From contig JBAYJA010000002.1 of the NCBI GenBank assembly GCA_041665345.1, forward strand, positions 97,252 to 161,251: 64,000 bases of DNA, given 5' to 3'. The notes under the pieces were generated by a model. That model did not search any database. It worked only from the letters and a program-made list of their open reading frames with translations, and had not been told where the DNA came from. Shown piece after piece: positions 46,444-55,361 of this stretch. Within the stretch, counting starts at the first letter, position 1. Each line of letters starts with the position of its first letter. The stretch is from Patescibacteria group bacterium. Lineage in GTDB: Bacteria; Patescibacteriota; Patescibacteriia; PEXW01. Made by a program: the position numbers and the translations under genes.

Positions 46444-47823
46444 ATGCCCCTCAAACTCTTCAATACCCTCACCCGGAAGGTGGAGGAATTCAAACCCATC
46501 AACCCACCCCACGTGGGATTCTACGCCTGCGGACCAACAGTATACGGCCGGGCCCACCTGGGGAATTTACGCACGTACCTATTTGTGGATGTGCTCCATC
46601 GCACACTAGAAAATAGTGGATTTGATGTTGACTTCGTCATGAATATCACAGACGTTGGTCATCTTACGTCAGACGCAGACGAGGGTGAGGATAAGATGGA
46701 AAAAGGCGCGGCGCGAGACCATGTGAGTGTGTGGGACGTTGCGAAAAAGTACACAGAGCTTTTTAAAGAAGATATGCAAGAGCTGCACATTTGGGAGCCA
46801 GACCAATGGCTACGGGCCACGGATAATATCCCAGAGCAAATTGCACTCATTGAGCGGCTGGAGGCTGAAGGGTACACGTACAAGACCTCAGATGGGGTGT
46901 ACTTTGATACGAGTAAGTTCTCAAAGTACGGTGCCCTGGCCAAGCTGAATCTCAAAGGGCAGAAAGCCGGAGCTCGGGTGGCGGAGAATCAGGAGAAGCG
47001 AAACCCAACAGACTTTGCCTTGTGGAAGTTTTCACCTCGGGATAGCCAGCGCCAAATGGAGTGGGAGAGCCCGTGGGGGATTGGTTTCCCAGGTTGGCAC
47101 CTGGAGTGCAGCGCCATGAGCATGAAAGCCCTTGGTTCCAGTTTTGATTTGCACGCTGGTGGAGTGGATCACATTCCCGTGCACCACACCAATGAGATTG
47201 CCCAGAGTGAAGCAGCAACGGGGAAGCCATTTGTGCGCACCTGGGTGCACGGAGAATTTTTGCTCATTGATGATGGGAAGATGTCAAAATCTTTAGACAA
47301 TACGTACACGCTGGAAAATTTGGAAGAGAAGAAATTGAGCCCACTGGCGTTCCGCTTGTATTGCCTTGGCGCGCACTACCGCAGTAAATTGAATTTTACG
47401 TGGGAGGCTTTAGCGAAGACCCAAAAGGTGTTGGAAGATTTGCATCAACGCATTGCTGCACTGGATGGCGCGCCCAATATCGGCATTCGGAAGTATGAGG
47501 AAAAGTTTTTTGCGGCTATGCAGAACGATCTGAACACGCCCCAAGCTCTGGCAGTACTGTGGGAACTCCTCAAGAGTAATGAACCTGCAGCAGCCAAACG
47601 TGCTTCTGTGGTCAAGATGGATGAAATATTGGGACTGGGTTTGGCAACCATTGAACCACTGGTTCTGGTTATTCCTGCGGCTATTCAAAAGCTGGTTGCT
47701 GAGCGGGAGGCTGCACGCAAGGCAAAGGACTGGGCAAAGAGTGACGAACTGCGGAAGCAAATTGAGCAAGCCGGTTTTTCACTCAAGGACACCGCGGACG
47801 GCCAGGTGCTGGGCAAGGGGTAA
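46444..47823 (+). CDS. cysS: Cysteine--tRNA ligase
   Basis: HIGH-class motif (GRAHLGN), KMSKS (GKMSKSLDN) and a class I Rossmann fold. 459 aa. Confidence 0.9.
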   Translation: MPLKLFNTLTRKVEEFKPINPPHVGFYACGPTVYGRAHLGNLRTYLFVDVLHRTLENSGFDVDFVMNITDVGHLTSDADEGEDKMEKGAARDHVSVWDVAKKYTELFKEDMQELHIWEPDQWLRATDNIPEQIALIERLEAEGYTYKTSDGVYFDTSKFSKYGALAKLNLKGQKAGARVAENQEKRNPTDFALWKFSPRDSQRQMEWESPWGIGFPGWHLECSAMSMKALGSSFDLHAGGVDHIPVHHTNEIAQSEAATGKPFVRTWVHGEFLLIDDGKMSKSLDNTYTLENLEEKKLSPLAFRLYCLGAHYRSKLNFTWEALAKTQKVLEDLHQRIAALDGAPNIGIRKYEEKFFAAMQNDLNTPQALAVLWELLKSNEPAAAKRASVVKMDEILGLGLATIEPLVLVIPAAIQKLVAEREAARKAKDWAKSDELRKQIEQAGFSLKDTADGQVLGKG

Positions 47824-47911
47824 AAAAGAACTCCATTTGCTGTGTAGGAGTTTGACGAAACGACTTTTTTGTGGTATCATATAGATACTTCAACAGATAA
47901 AAAGCAAAAAT

Positions 47912-48988
47912 ATGTCGGAAATACCTCAGTCTTCGTCTGCAGTTGCAACGAAGCAACGCATTGGGCTTGCAGTGAGTCTGTACGTCGGTTTTGCGGTACT
48001 CACTGCCGGAGCTGTGGGCGGATCTTTGGCTGCAGCGCTTTTTATTAAACCAGGAACACCAACGCCTACGCCAATTCCAATGAAAGTAAGTTACGTGCAG
48101 ACAGCATCAGTGCAGCTGCAATCAGCAGGGAGCCCGACAATAAGTTTTTTTACCTGGGAAGGTGTTAATCGAGTCGACTTTGGTGCTTTGTTTGGATCAA
48201 CAACGATTTTTACTCCTGGGAACCAGGCAACAAGTCGGCTTCCACTAGGTGTTACCGTTACAAATCCTCATCCTGCAATGGTTGTGGTCATTGCGGCAAA
48301 TGCAACGGAGAGCGGAAATGTCTATTCACTCATTCCCACAGCCCATGCGCAGGTTCAGGTTGGTACTGCTTCGAGTATCTGCATACCCGCAGTGAATGCA
48401 GCGAATTCAGGTGCGCTCATAAATATCAATACAAATACGAATCAATCTACGACGACGTACTACATTGATGCAAATGGAAACGCTTATGCGAATCCGAATT
48501 TAACTGGAGTCCTCAATCCAGTACCATGTGAAACTGTGCTTCAGAAAGCAATGATAGCTGACGGCATGACTGGCGCAACGTTAAATGCAGCATATCCTTC
48601 CGATGCCAGTCCAATGCTGGGTTTGTATGCTGGTGGGTATCCCATTGGCGCTCTTACCAGCAATACAACCACAGTGACGCCAGTTGAGGATCCAAACAAT
48701 GATCATCCATACCCTGGCGCGAAAAGCCCTTTGACCATGATTTTGGGAAGTACGCAAACGCAACCCATCTCCGCCCCCTCGCGCGTGCTGCAGCCACGGC
48801 TGACGGTCGGGACTGTGGTTTCAAGTAGTCAGGATTTGTGCATTCCTACATTTACTTTACCTGGTTCTGGTGGATCAGAGGGGAATGCAGTGGCATTTTT
48901 CTACGATCGATTTGGTAATCCCTATACGGATATTTTCCTCAGTCAGCGAGCAGCGTGCATTTTACCGCCAACTCCAGTGAATCAGTAA
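47912..48988 (+). CDS. Membrane-anchored secreted protein, Thr/Asn/Pro-rich (358 aa)
   Basis: N-terminal TM or signal-anchor. Low-complexity T/N/P-rich ectodomain. Confidence 0.5.
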   Translation: MSEIPQSSSAVATKQRIGLAVSLYVGFAVLTAGAVGGSLAAALFIKPGTPTPTPIPMKVSYVQTASVQLQSAGSPTISFFTWEGVNRVDFGALFGSTTIFTPGNQATSRLPLGVTVTNPHPAMVVVIAANATESGNVYSLIPTAHAQVQVGTASSICIPAVNAANSGALININTNTNQSTTTYYIDANGNAYANPNLTGVLNPVPCETVLQKAMIADGMTGATLNAAYPSDASPMLGLYAGGYPIGALTSNTTTVTPVEDPNNDHPYPGAKSPLTMILGSTQTQPISAPSRVLQPRLTVGTVVSSSQDLCIPTFTLPGSGGSEGNAVAFFYDRFGNPYTDIFLSQRAACILPPTPVNQ

Positions 48989-49050
48989 AATCCTCATAGT
49001 ATGTACAAAACCCCTTCCCAAGTGGAGGGGGTTTTGCTATAGATACGTGC

Positions 49051-50025
49051 ATGGAGAACTTCTGGAACACACTCCCGAAGCCGATTTTAGCGCTGGCCCC
49101 CATGGCTGGGGTGACCGACTCGGCCTTCCGGCAAATGTGCAAACTTGGCGGCGCTGATGTGCTGTATACGGAGTTTGTGTCCACAGACGCGATTGTCTAC
49201 GAGAGTAAGAAGACCTTTGCCATGCTGAAGTTTAATCCCAGCGAGCAGCCTGTGGTTTGCCAGGTGTTTGGAAAAAAACCGGAACATTACTACAAGAGCG
49301 CCAAGGTGTTGGCCGAGCTTGGGTTTGCTGGCGTGGATATTAATTTTGGCTGCCCAGCGTACAAAGTGGTGAAGCATGGTGGGGGAGTGACGCTCATGCG
49401 TGATTTGAAAGTTGTACGAGAATTAGTCCAGGCAACCTGTGAGGGTTCGCCCATTCCGGTATCCGTTAAAATACGCGCCAGTATTTGCAAAGAAGGTTGT
49501 GCGGTGGACGATCCAGAAGGGCAGGTGACGGCTTTGGACCTGGTGGAGGCAATTAAAGATTTACCCGTAGCGACCGTGATGGTGCATGGCCGGAGCTTTG
49601 AACGTCCCTTTGACGGCAGCCCCAATGTGGAGGTAATAACTCAGGTCGTAAAAGCCTTTCCAGGGGTGGTTTTGGCTAATGGCGGGGTTTATTCGCCTGA
49701 AGAGGCAAAGGCTCTCCTAGAGCAAACTGGGGCCGCTGGCGTGGCTATTGCACGGGGTTCCTGGGGCCGGCCCTGGCTTTTCCAGCAGGTAAAGGACTAC
49801 CTAAAAACAGGGGCATACCAAGCCCCGGATTGGGAGGAATTGCAGCGGCGGATGCAGACGCATGCACAGATTGCTTTTGCGTCCACAGGGAGCCACGGGC
49901 TCATTGAACTGCGAAAGCACCTTGCCTGGTACGTGAAGGGTTTGGACAATGCCAAGGAGTTGCGCTCCAAGTTGGTACGGGTCACAACACTCGCGGAGGT
50001 AGAAAGTGCTTTAGAGGATGCATAA
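49051..50025 (+). CDS. dus: tRNA-dihydrouridine synthase
   Basis: LALAPMAGVTDSAFRQMC Dus N-terminal motif. TIM-barrel flavoenzyme pattern. Confidence 0.85.
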   Translation: MENFWNTLPKPILALAPMAGVTDSAFRQMCKLGGADVLYTEFVSTDAIVYESKKTFAMLKFNPSEQPVVCQVFGKKPEHYYKSAKVLAELGFAGVDINFGCPAYKVVKHGGGVTLMRDLKVVRELVQATCEGSPIPVSVKIRASICKEGCAVDDPEGQVTALDLVEAIKDLPVATVMVHGRSFERPFDGSPNVEVITQVVKAFPGVVLANGGVYSPEEAKALLEQTGAAGVAIARGSWGRPWLFQQVKDYLKTGAYQAPDWEELQRRMQTHAQIAFASTGSHGLIELRKHLAWYVKGLDNAKELRSKLVRVTTLAEVESALEDA

Positions 50026-50053
50026 AAAGGCGACCGGGGGTCGCCTTTTCAAT

Positions 50054-50257
50054 TTACAACGTAAATGTCACATCGGCCTTACATACTTCGTTCGGGCATG
50101 ATGCCGTGTAAAAGTCACCGTCGCGTTGGTCAGAGGTGAATTTTACTTTATCACCAGCTTCTAACCTGAACTCACATTTACACGTTCGGCAATCTAGTTT
50201 TTTGCCCACCCAAGGCTCGCGTGGATTCAATCTTCCTTCTTTTAGGATTTTTGTCAT
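50054..50257 (-). CDS. Small Cys-rich protein (67 aa)
   Basis: GGAGGAAAA RBS 4 nt before the ATG. CRTCKC ... C ... C pattern. Confidence 0.4.
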   Translation of the reverse strand: MTKILKEGRLNPREPWVGKKLDCRTCKCEFRLEAGDKVKFTSDQRDGDFYTASCPNEVCKADVTFTL

Positions 50258-50349
50258 TTTTCCTCCATTGATTTTAATTTTTTCGTCAGCACGAGTTTAG
50301 TATAGGTCTTAGACAATGTCAATAGGTTCTCTCTAAACCCTTTTTTCAC

Positions 50350-51061
50350 TGTCATTCTGAGTCCTCCAGCAGGAGGGCGAAGAATCTCCGAAGCTCGTCG
50401 TTACCATCAGGCAGATGCCGTCACGGACATACTACGTCTATATCCTCACCAATAAGCATCACACGGTGTTGCATACTGGGGTGACGAATGACCTGGAGCG
50501 ACGGGTGACCCTGTCCGCCCACGTAGCAAAATTGGTTTAATTTGAAAAAAGCTTGAAGCATATAGTACAGACTTGACTCGGTAAGGGTTGCCCTCTTCAC
50601 CACCGGGGTGCTTCCGATGGGCCGCACCCGTCTCCGACCCCTTGGAAAGGGGAGGACAGATACTAAGACACCTTGGTCAGGAATGAGCCACAAACTTGTC
50701 CCCTCCTTGCAAAAGGAGGGGGTTGGGGGTGGTAACCCTTCCCGGGGTGACACTGTTATACAAACCAAGTAGGCAAAATGGCCACAGCCTGTTTCTGTAT
50801 TACCGGAAGATTGCCACGTCCCGCATGTGCGGGACTCGCAATGACAGAATAGAGAGAAGGAGAGGGATCGAAATATAGTACCAAGACTGCAGAACGTCTC
50901 CCTCGCCCTCTGAGGGAGAGGGAACAAGGGAGAGGGGGCACCCTCATGGGTCGATCACATCTAAAAAACCAAGCACGAAGAAAGAGCACGGTTAGTCTTC
51001 TTGGTTCCGTGTAACAGCAAGATTCTTCGACGCAGACTCCTCAGAATGACAAGAGAGAAAA
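50350..51061. mobile_element. Composite repeat region: family-A inverted repeats enclosing a GIY-YIG remnant and a family-B right inverted repeat
   Basis: TGTCATTCTGAGTC at 50350 and GACTCCTCAGAATGACA at 51045-51061. Inside are CTCGCAATGACA (50838) and the hairpin repeats shared with 14380-14520. Confidence 0.4.
50411..50539 (+). pseudogene. Truncated GIY-YIG nuclease remnant (43 codons)
   Basis: MPSRTYYVYILTNKHHTVLHTGVTNDLERRV matches the N-terminus of the intact GIY-YIG gene at 34670, but terminates after the motif. Confidence 0.5.
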
Positions 51062-51139
51062 CAAAAGTCCGACCTTGCGGTCGGGCTTTTGGGTATACCT
51101 GAGAAACGGTACACTTTTATTTTTTTCGCACGCTGATAC

Positions 51140-51616
51140 TTACTGAGTTAAAAGGCCGGCTACTGTTTGCACACTGAAGTCGCCAGTGCCTTCGGTGGTG
51201 ATGCTCACCCACCCACTGCCACCCCAACTTGCGGGGATGCTCTTGTTAACGCAGCTTGCTACCTTCGAATTCAAATCTTGCAGCTTGCTGGCGTCAGAGT
51301 ACTTGGTGACTAATGCTGTGGTCTTCGCTGCTGCCGTGGTCTTCGCGTCAGCTAGGGCTGCGGTGTTCTCTGCTTGAACGGTTGCAATGAGACAACCATG
51401 CCCAGCTGCCCACGCGCCCTGCGTGTAGACCGCTTCTTGCGCCTTGGCATCCTTATCACGGAAAGCGGCAAGGTTTGGACCAATTTCATCTGTAGCATTA
51501 TTAATTGCCCAGATGAAGAAAATGCCTAGCAAGAACACGAAGATGAAAGCGACAGCCAACACGATAGGGGAGCCGTAGGTCAGCTTTGGGTCAAAAAGTG
51601 TTTCGTTTTTTGCCAT
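51140..51616 (-). CDS. Membrane-anchored protein (158 aa)
   Basis: N-terminal TM. Ala/Thr-rich ectodomain. Confidence 0.45.
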   Translation of the reverse strand: MAKNETLFDPKLTYGSPIVLAVAFIFVFLLGIFFIWAINNATDEIGPNLAAFRDKDAKAQEAVYTQGAWAAGHGCLIATVQAENTAALADAKTTAAAKTTALVTKYSDASKLQDLNSKVASCVNKSIPASWGGSGWVSITTEGTGDFSVQTVAGLLTQ

Positions 51617-51678
51617 AATTCTTCACCTCCTTCCAATTGTAACTGCTTTGTTGTGTTCGTTTTCAGCGGGGAACCTAC

Positions 51679-52638
51679 TCAGCCTTTGGCGGCCATCCGT
51701 GCTTCTTCCAAAGGTAGTTCCACAAAATCTTTCACCACAATCCGTAGGTCTTCCAGTGTAACCTCTGTGGGTCCAGTATTCTTCTTCCCCACTTCAATTT
51801 GTGCTAGGTGGACACGGGAACCGGCTTCATCCAGTACATCAATTGCTTTGTCAGGGAACACGCGATCTCGTAGGTGTTCCTTTGCTAGCTGGATTATAGC
51901 TTCCAGCACGGCATCTGAATAGCGGACGTTGTGGTACGTTTCGTACTTGCCTTTGAGACCCCGCATAATTTCCAGAGTTTGCTCTGGGGACGGTTCATCA
52001 ATGAGCACAGGCTGAAACCGGCGTTCAAGGGTTTGGTCTTTCTCCACGTACTTCTGGTACTCTTCCAGGGTTGTTGCACCAACCACCTGCAATTCACCCC
52101 GGGCCAGGGCAGGCTTCAAAATGTCCGCTGCATCAATGGCGCCTGTGGCTTCACCCGCTTCTGCCAAAGTGTGGAGCTCATCAATGAACAAGACAATGTG
52201 TCGTTCCGCGGCAATGATTTCATCCACCAGAGCCTTCAATCGCTTTTCAAATTCCCCACGGTACTTGGTGCCCGCAACTAATCCAGAAAGGTCCAGAGCA
52301 AGCACGCGTTTGTGCTTCAGGGTTTCTGGTACATTCCCGCTGGCAATTTCGTTGGCCAACTCTTCTACAATTGCCGTTTTGCCCACTCCGGATTTGCCAA
52401 TTAGTACAGGGTTATTCTTCGTGCGACGGGAGAGAATTTCGATAACGCGGTAGATCTCGTGCTTCCGACCAATCACTGGATCCAGTTTGCCAGCAGTGGC
52501 CAAAGCGGTGAGGTCTTTGGCGTACAAATCCAAAATGCGGCCAGAGGACTTTACATTCACATCACCTTGACGACGCAACAGTAAAAAGGTGAGCAGGATT
52601 GCTAAAGCAATGATGCCAACAATTGTATAGGGGCTCAT
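51679..52638 (-). CDS. ClpB-like AAA+ ATPase, D1 domain only, with N-terminal TM anchor
   Basis: [20 protein letters not shown] (Walker A), LFIDELHTL (Walker B), sensor and arginine-finger region, and the ClpB pre-D1 linker [23 protein letters not shown]. It lacks the M-domain and D2 and begins with the hydrophobic [21 protein letters not shown]. Confidence 0.6.
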   Translation of the reverse strand: MSPYTIVGIIALAILLTFLLLRRQGDVNVKSSGRILDLYAKDLTALATAGKLDPVIGRKHEIYRVIEILSRRTKNNPVLIGKSGVGKTAIVEELANEIASGNVPETLKHKRVLALDLSGLVAGTKYRGEFEKRLKALVDEIIAAERHIVLFIDELHTLAEAGEATGAIDAADILKPALARGELQVVGATTLEEYQKYVEKDQTLERRFQPVLIDEPSPEQTLEIMRGLKGKYETYHNVRYSDAVLEAIIQLAKEHLRDRVFPDKAIDVLDEAGSRVHLAQIEVGKKNTGPTEVTLEDLRIVVKDFVELPLEEARMAAKG

Positions 52639-52796
52639 ATACGAATTTTCCAGACGAGATAGGTGAGCCCAAACCCCAGCAGGACGCTGCCTGTGAAGGT
52701 GAGTGTCGCAATGCGGAAAGCAAGACTCACTCGGCTGAGGGTGGTCATCGCAGCAGTGGCTTGCGTTTGTACGGCAACGTCGGTCATAGGAAGCAT
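52635..52796 (-). CDS. Small membrane ORF (53 aa) overlapping the start of the ClpB-like gene
   Basis: ATG-initiated hydrophobic ORF whose stop overlaps the downstream ATG (TATATGA). Confidence 0.25.
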   Translation of the reverse strand: MLPMTDVAVQTQATAAMTTLSRVSLAFRIATLTFTGSVLLGFGLTYLVWKIRI

Positions 52797-52805
52797 AGCT
52801 TTATC

Positions 52806-53741
52806 TTACAACCAACGCTTACGTTTGAAAATGTAGACCGAGAGTCCAGTGATAATTGCCAGCAGGCCAAGCAAACCGTAGAAGCCATTGTCCGTATCCA
52901 CCAGGGGAGTGCGGGCAAGTCGCGCGGCGATTATTGTCGTTGCAAGTGTGAGGGTGAAAATGATCACGGAGATCGTGGTATACGTCTTCATGATGTCATT
53001 CAACCGGAAGGAGATGAGTGATTCATTGGTCTGCTGTAGAGCCTCCACCGATTCTTTGAATGCTTCCAAGTGATCCCAAATTTCTTTGGTACGTTCCACT
53101 GCATTATTGAGCAGCGCATTTGCGGTTTCAGGTTCGGTAAGTTGTAGCACGCGGTTTGCAACTTCCATCTTCTTCACCACATTCTTGTGCGCCTGCATGA
53201 TCTTGCGGAAGTCGGTGATGTTCCGGCGGGTGACCAGAATTTCTTTCACCATCGACTTTTCCGATCCACGGAAAATCAGCCGTTCAATGGCATGCAAGTC
53301 CATGGAAATATGGTCGAGCATGGGCAAACAGGCATTCAGTTGTCTGTTCGTAAGCTCGGCGGTCAACAGCAGTGGATTATCCAGGTGCGCTTGTGGGTGC
53401 GCGTTCAGGGCTTTTACTTCTGTAAACAGATGCTGTACAGAATGCAGCCGTTCATCATGGATGGTGATGATCAGGTCTTTCTGAATGAAGAAGTCAATTT
53501 CCGTGGGCTCAATTTCTCGCGTCTTCCGGTTGAAGACCGGGAAGAGGAGTACCAGGAAGGCATACTTTTCATGTATCTCGAGCTTCGGCCGCTGGCCATT
53601 ACTCACGCAGTCTTTGATATCCAAAGCTTGGAAGTACGGAAAATGCTCCCGGAGGTAGGAGACCTCAGGGGTGTCGTCTGCAGTTGCGCCCGTGATATTT
53701 ATCCAGCGGAAAGAACCCGCTGAAACTTCACGAATTGCCAT
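52806..53741 (-). CDS. CorA-like divalent cation transporter (non-canonical, GMN motif not seen)
   Basis: CorA-like architecture: a large cytoplasmic N-domain, two C-terminal TM helices and the C-terminal FKRKRWL. The YGMNF signature is replaced by ...DTDNGFYG. Confidence 0.55.
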   Translation of the reverse strand: MAIREVSAGSFRWINITGATADDTPEVSYLREHFPYFQALDIKDCVSNGQRPKLEIHEKYAFLVLLFPVFNRKTREIEPTEIDFFIQKDLIITIHDERLHSVQHLFTEVKALNAHPQAHLDNPLLLTAELTNRQLNACLPMLDHISMDLHAIERLIFRGSEKSMVKEILVTRRNITDFRKIMQAHKNVVKKMEVANRVLQLTEPETANALLNNAVERTKEIWDHLEAFKESVEALQQTNESLISFRLNDIMKTYTTISVIIFTLTLATTIIAARLARTPLVDTDNGFYGLLGLLAIITGLSVYIFKRKRWL

Positions 53742-53866
53742 ATAGAAGAGTGATTTTTCTTTTTGATATATATATCATAGCACGAATTGGTAATAAATGC
53801 AAGTTTGTATTGTAATATGAAAATCCTCACCTTGTGGGGGTGAGGATTTGGATAAGGATCTATATG

Positions 53867-54295
53867 TTACCAGGGAGGGCAAATTGAATTTGCGTACAAG
53901 TTTACTTTGGCAGAGTGTTCATCTCTTCGGAGCACGTCGCATCCTTCGCAAGTAGACCAGGTGACCACTGCCCGAATTTCTACGGTACCCCGGGCATCAT
54001 TTGCTAGCCAGGTGTTGCTCACTTCCTTTCCAGCAACGAAGTACTTTATTTTGCTTACGTATCCCTGGGTTTCAAAAACTGGTACGTATACAAACGCAAC
54101 ACCTCCTTCTGACCAAGGAACAGAATACAACTGTCCCTCATAGAGGCTTTTTCTCGTACCGTTTTCAAAAACCAATTTCAAGCCGCCGTAGCTTGGGAGA
54201 TCAGTGTTTTGAATTGTCAACCCGCCTTGAATAACCATTGAACAACCGGCTATGCAAAAGCAGCAGATCAGCATGAAAAGAAATAAATGTTTCAT
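53867..54295 (-). CDS. Lipoprotein (142 aa)
   Basis: Signal peptide with lipobox IAGC. Confidence 0.45.
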   Translation of the reverse strand: MKHLFLFMLICCFCIAGCSMVIQGGLTIQNTDLPSYGGLKLVFENGTRKSLYEGQLYSVPWSEGGVAFVYVPVFETQGYVSKIKYFVAGKEVSNTWLANDARGTVEIRAVVTWSTCEGCDVLRRDEHSAKVNLYANSICPPW

Positions 54296-54298
54296 GGC

Positions 54299-54712
54299 TT
54301 ACCTCACACCTACTTCCAAAGTAATTTCCAAGTACTCGTGTGGATCGAGTAGAACAGTCCACTCATATGATTGTCCTGCATAGTCTAAGACAATAAACAA
54401 ACTCGTGGCACCCGGAGGTGCATGTCCAACGAAACTACTGGTGGTGAGGTCGATTGATTTATATCTTGGTTGTACAGTTGCAGGAGAATAGGTGACACCC
54501 AAATGTCCACCATAGATGTCCCGTCCACTTGGGGTTTTGAAGTGAATTTTGAAGTTCGGCCGAAAGTGAATGCCCTGCGTTTCCATTCGTGCATCGAGAG
54601 ATGCGCTTTTACCAATCGAGCCAGGAATGGTTTTCCAAAGTTTCGCCACGGCACAACCATCAATCCACCATGCGCACATGCACAGCAATGCAATGAAAAT
54701 TAAATTTTTCAT
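54299..54712 (-). CDS. Lipoprotein (137 aa)
   Basis: Signal peptide with lipobox-like IDGC. Confidence 0.45.
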   Translation of the reverse strand: MKNLIFIALLCMCAWWIDGCAVAKLWKTIPGSIGKSASLDARMETQGIHFRPNFKIHFKTPSGRDIYGGHLGVTYSPATVQPRYKSIDLTTSSFVGHAPPGATSLFIVLDYAGQSYEWTVLLDPHEYLEITLEVGVR

Positions 54713-54812
54713 GTTCTCTTTTCCTTTCAGTTTTTTTGTTTTTCAAATCAAGCTACCTTACCTTAGATATGGTGAAATGTCAAGGTTGAGTGGGAGGTGA
54801 AAAAATGGTATA

Positions 54813-55361
54813 ATGTGTTCACCTATGCCTGTCCAAAATGCTGCTACACCAGGAGTGCCCATGCCGGAAAAAGAGCCGGAGGATATTTTTGCCTTTCAAG
54901 GGGAAACTCCAGCTACGCCAGAAGGTCGGGTGGAGGTACGCGTTGAACAACCTGTAGAAAAACGTGAGACTCGGCCAGAAGTTGCTCCAGTAAAGGAACA
55001 GCCCGAAGTTCCTGTTGCACATGAGACACCTACCACCCAACCTGTAACGAACCAAGCGTTGCCAGTGCAAGCGGCTGACCAGCGGCTCATTCAGGTGGAG
55101 AAGATTTTAGCTGAAGGATTGGAGGAGATTTACAAAACCTTGCCGTCGGCTGAGCAACAGCGTTTTCGGATTGAAGGGGAAAAGGCGGCACACGAAGTTG
55201 CCACGCTGATGGGGCAAGTCAAAGTGCGGGTGCAGCAAATCATCACGGTTATCAGAAAGTGGCTTTCCGTTTTGCCTGGGGTGAACAAGTACTTCATTGA
55301 GCAGGAAGCAAAAATTAAAGCACAACGCATTCTGCTTCTCCGTGACCCAGAAAAGTTGTGA
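54813..55361 (+). CDS. Pro/Glu-rich protein with C-terminal coiled-coil
   Basis: PEV/PV repeats. The stop overlaps the GTG start of the downstream coupling-protein gene. Confidence 0.4.
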   Translation: MCSPMPVQNAATPGVPMPEKEPEDIFAFQGETPATPEGRVEVRVEQPVEKRETRPEVAPVKEQPEVPVAHETPTTQPVTNQALPVQAADQRLIQVEKILAEGLEEIYKTLPSAEQQRFRIEGEKAAHEVATLMGQVKVRVQQIITVIRKWLSVLPGVNKYFIEQEAKIKAQRILLLRDPEKL

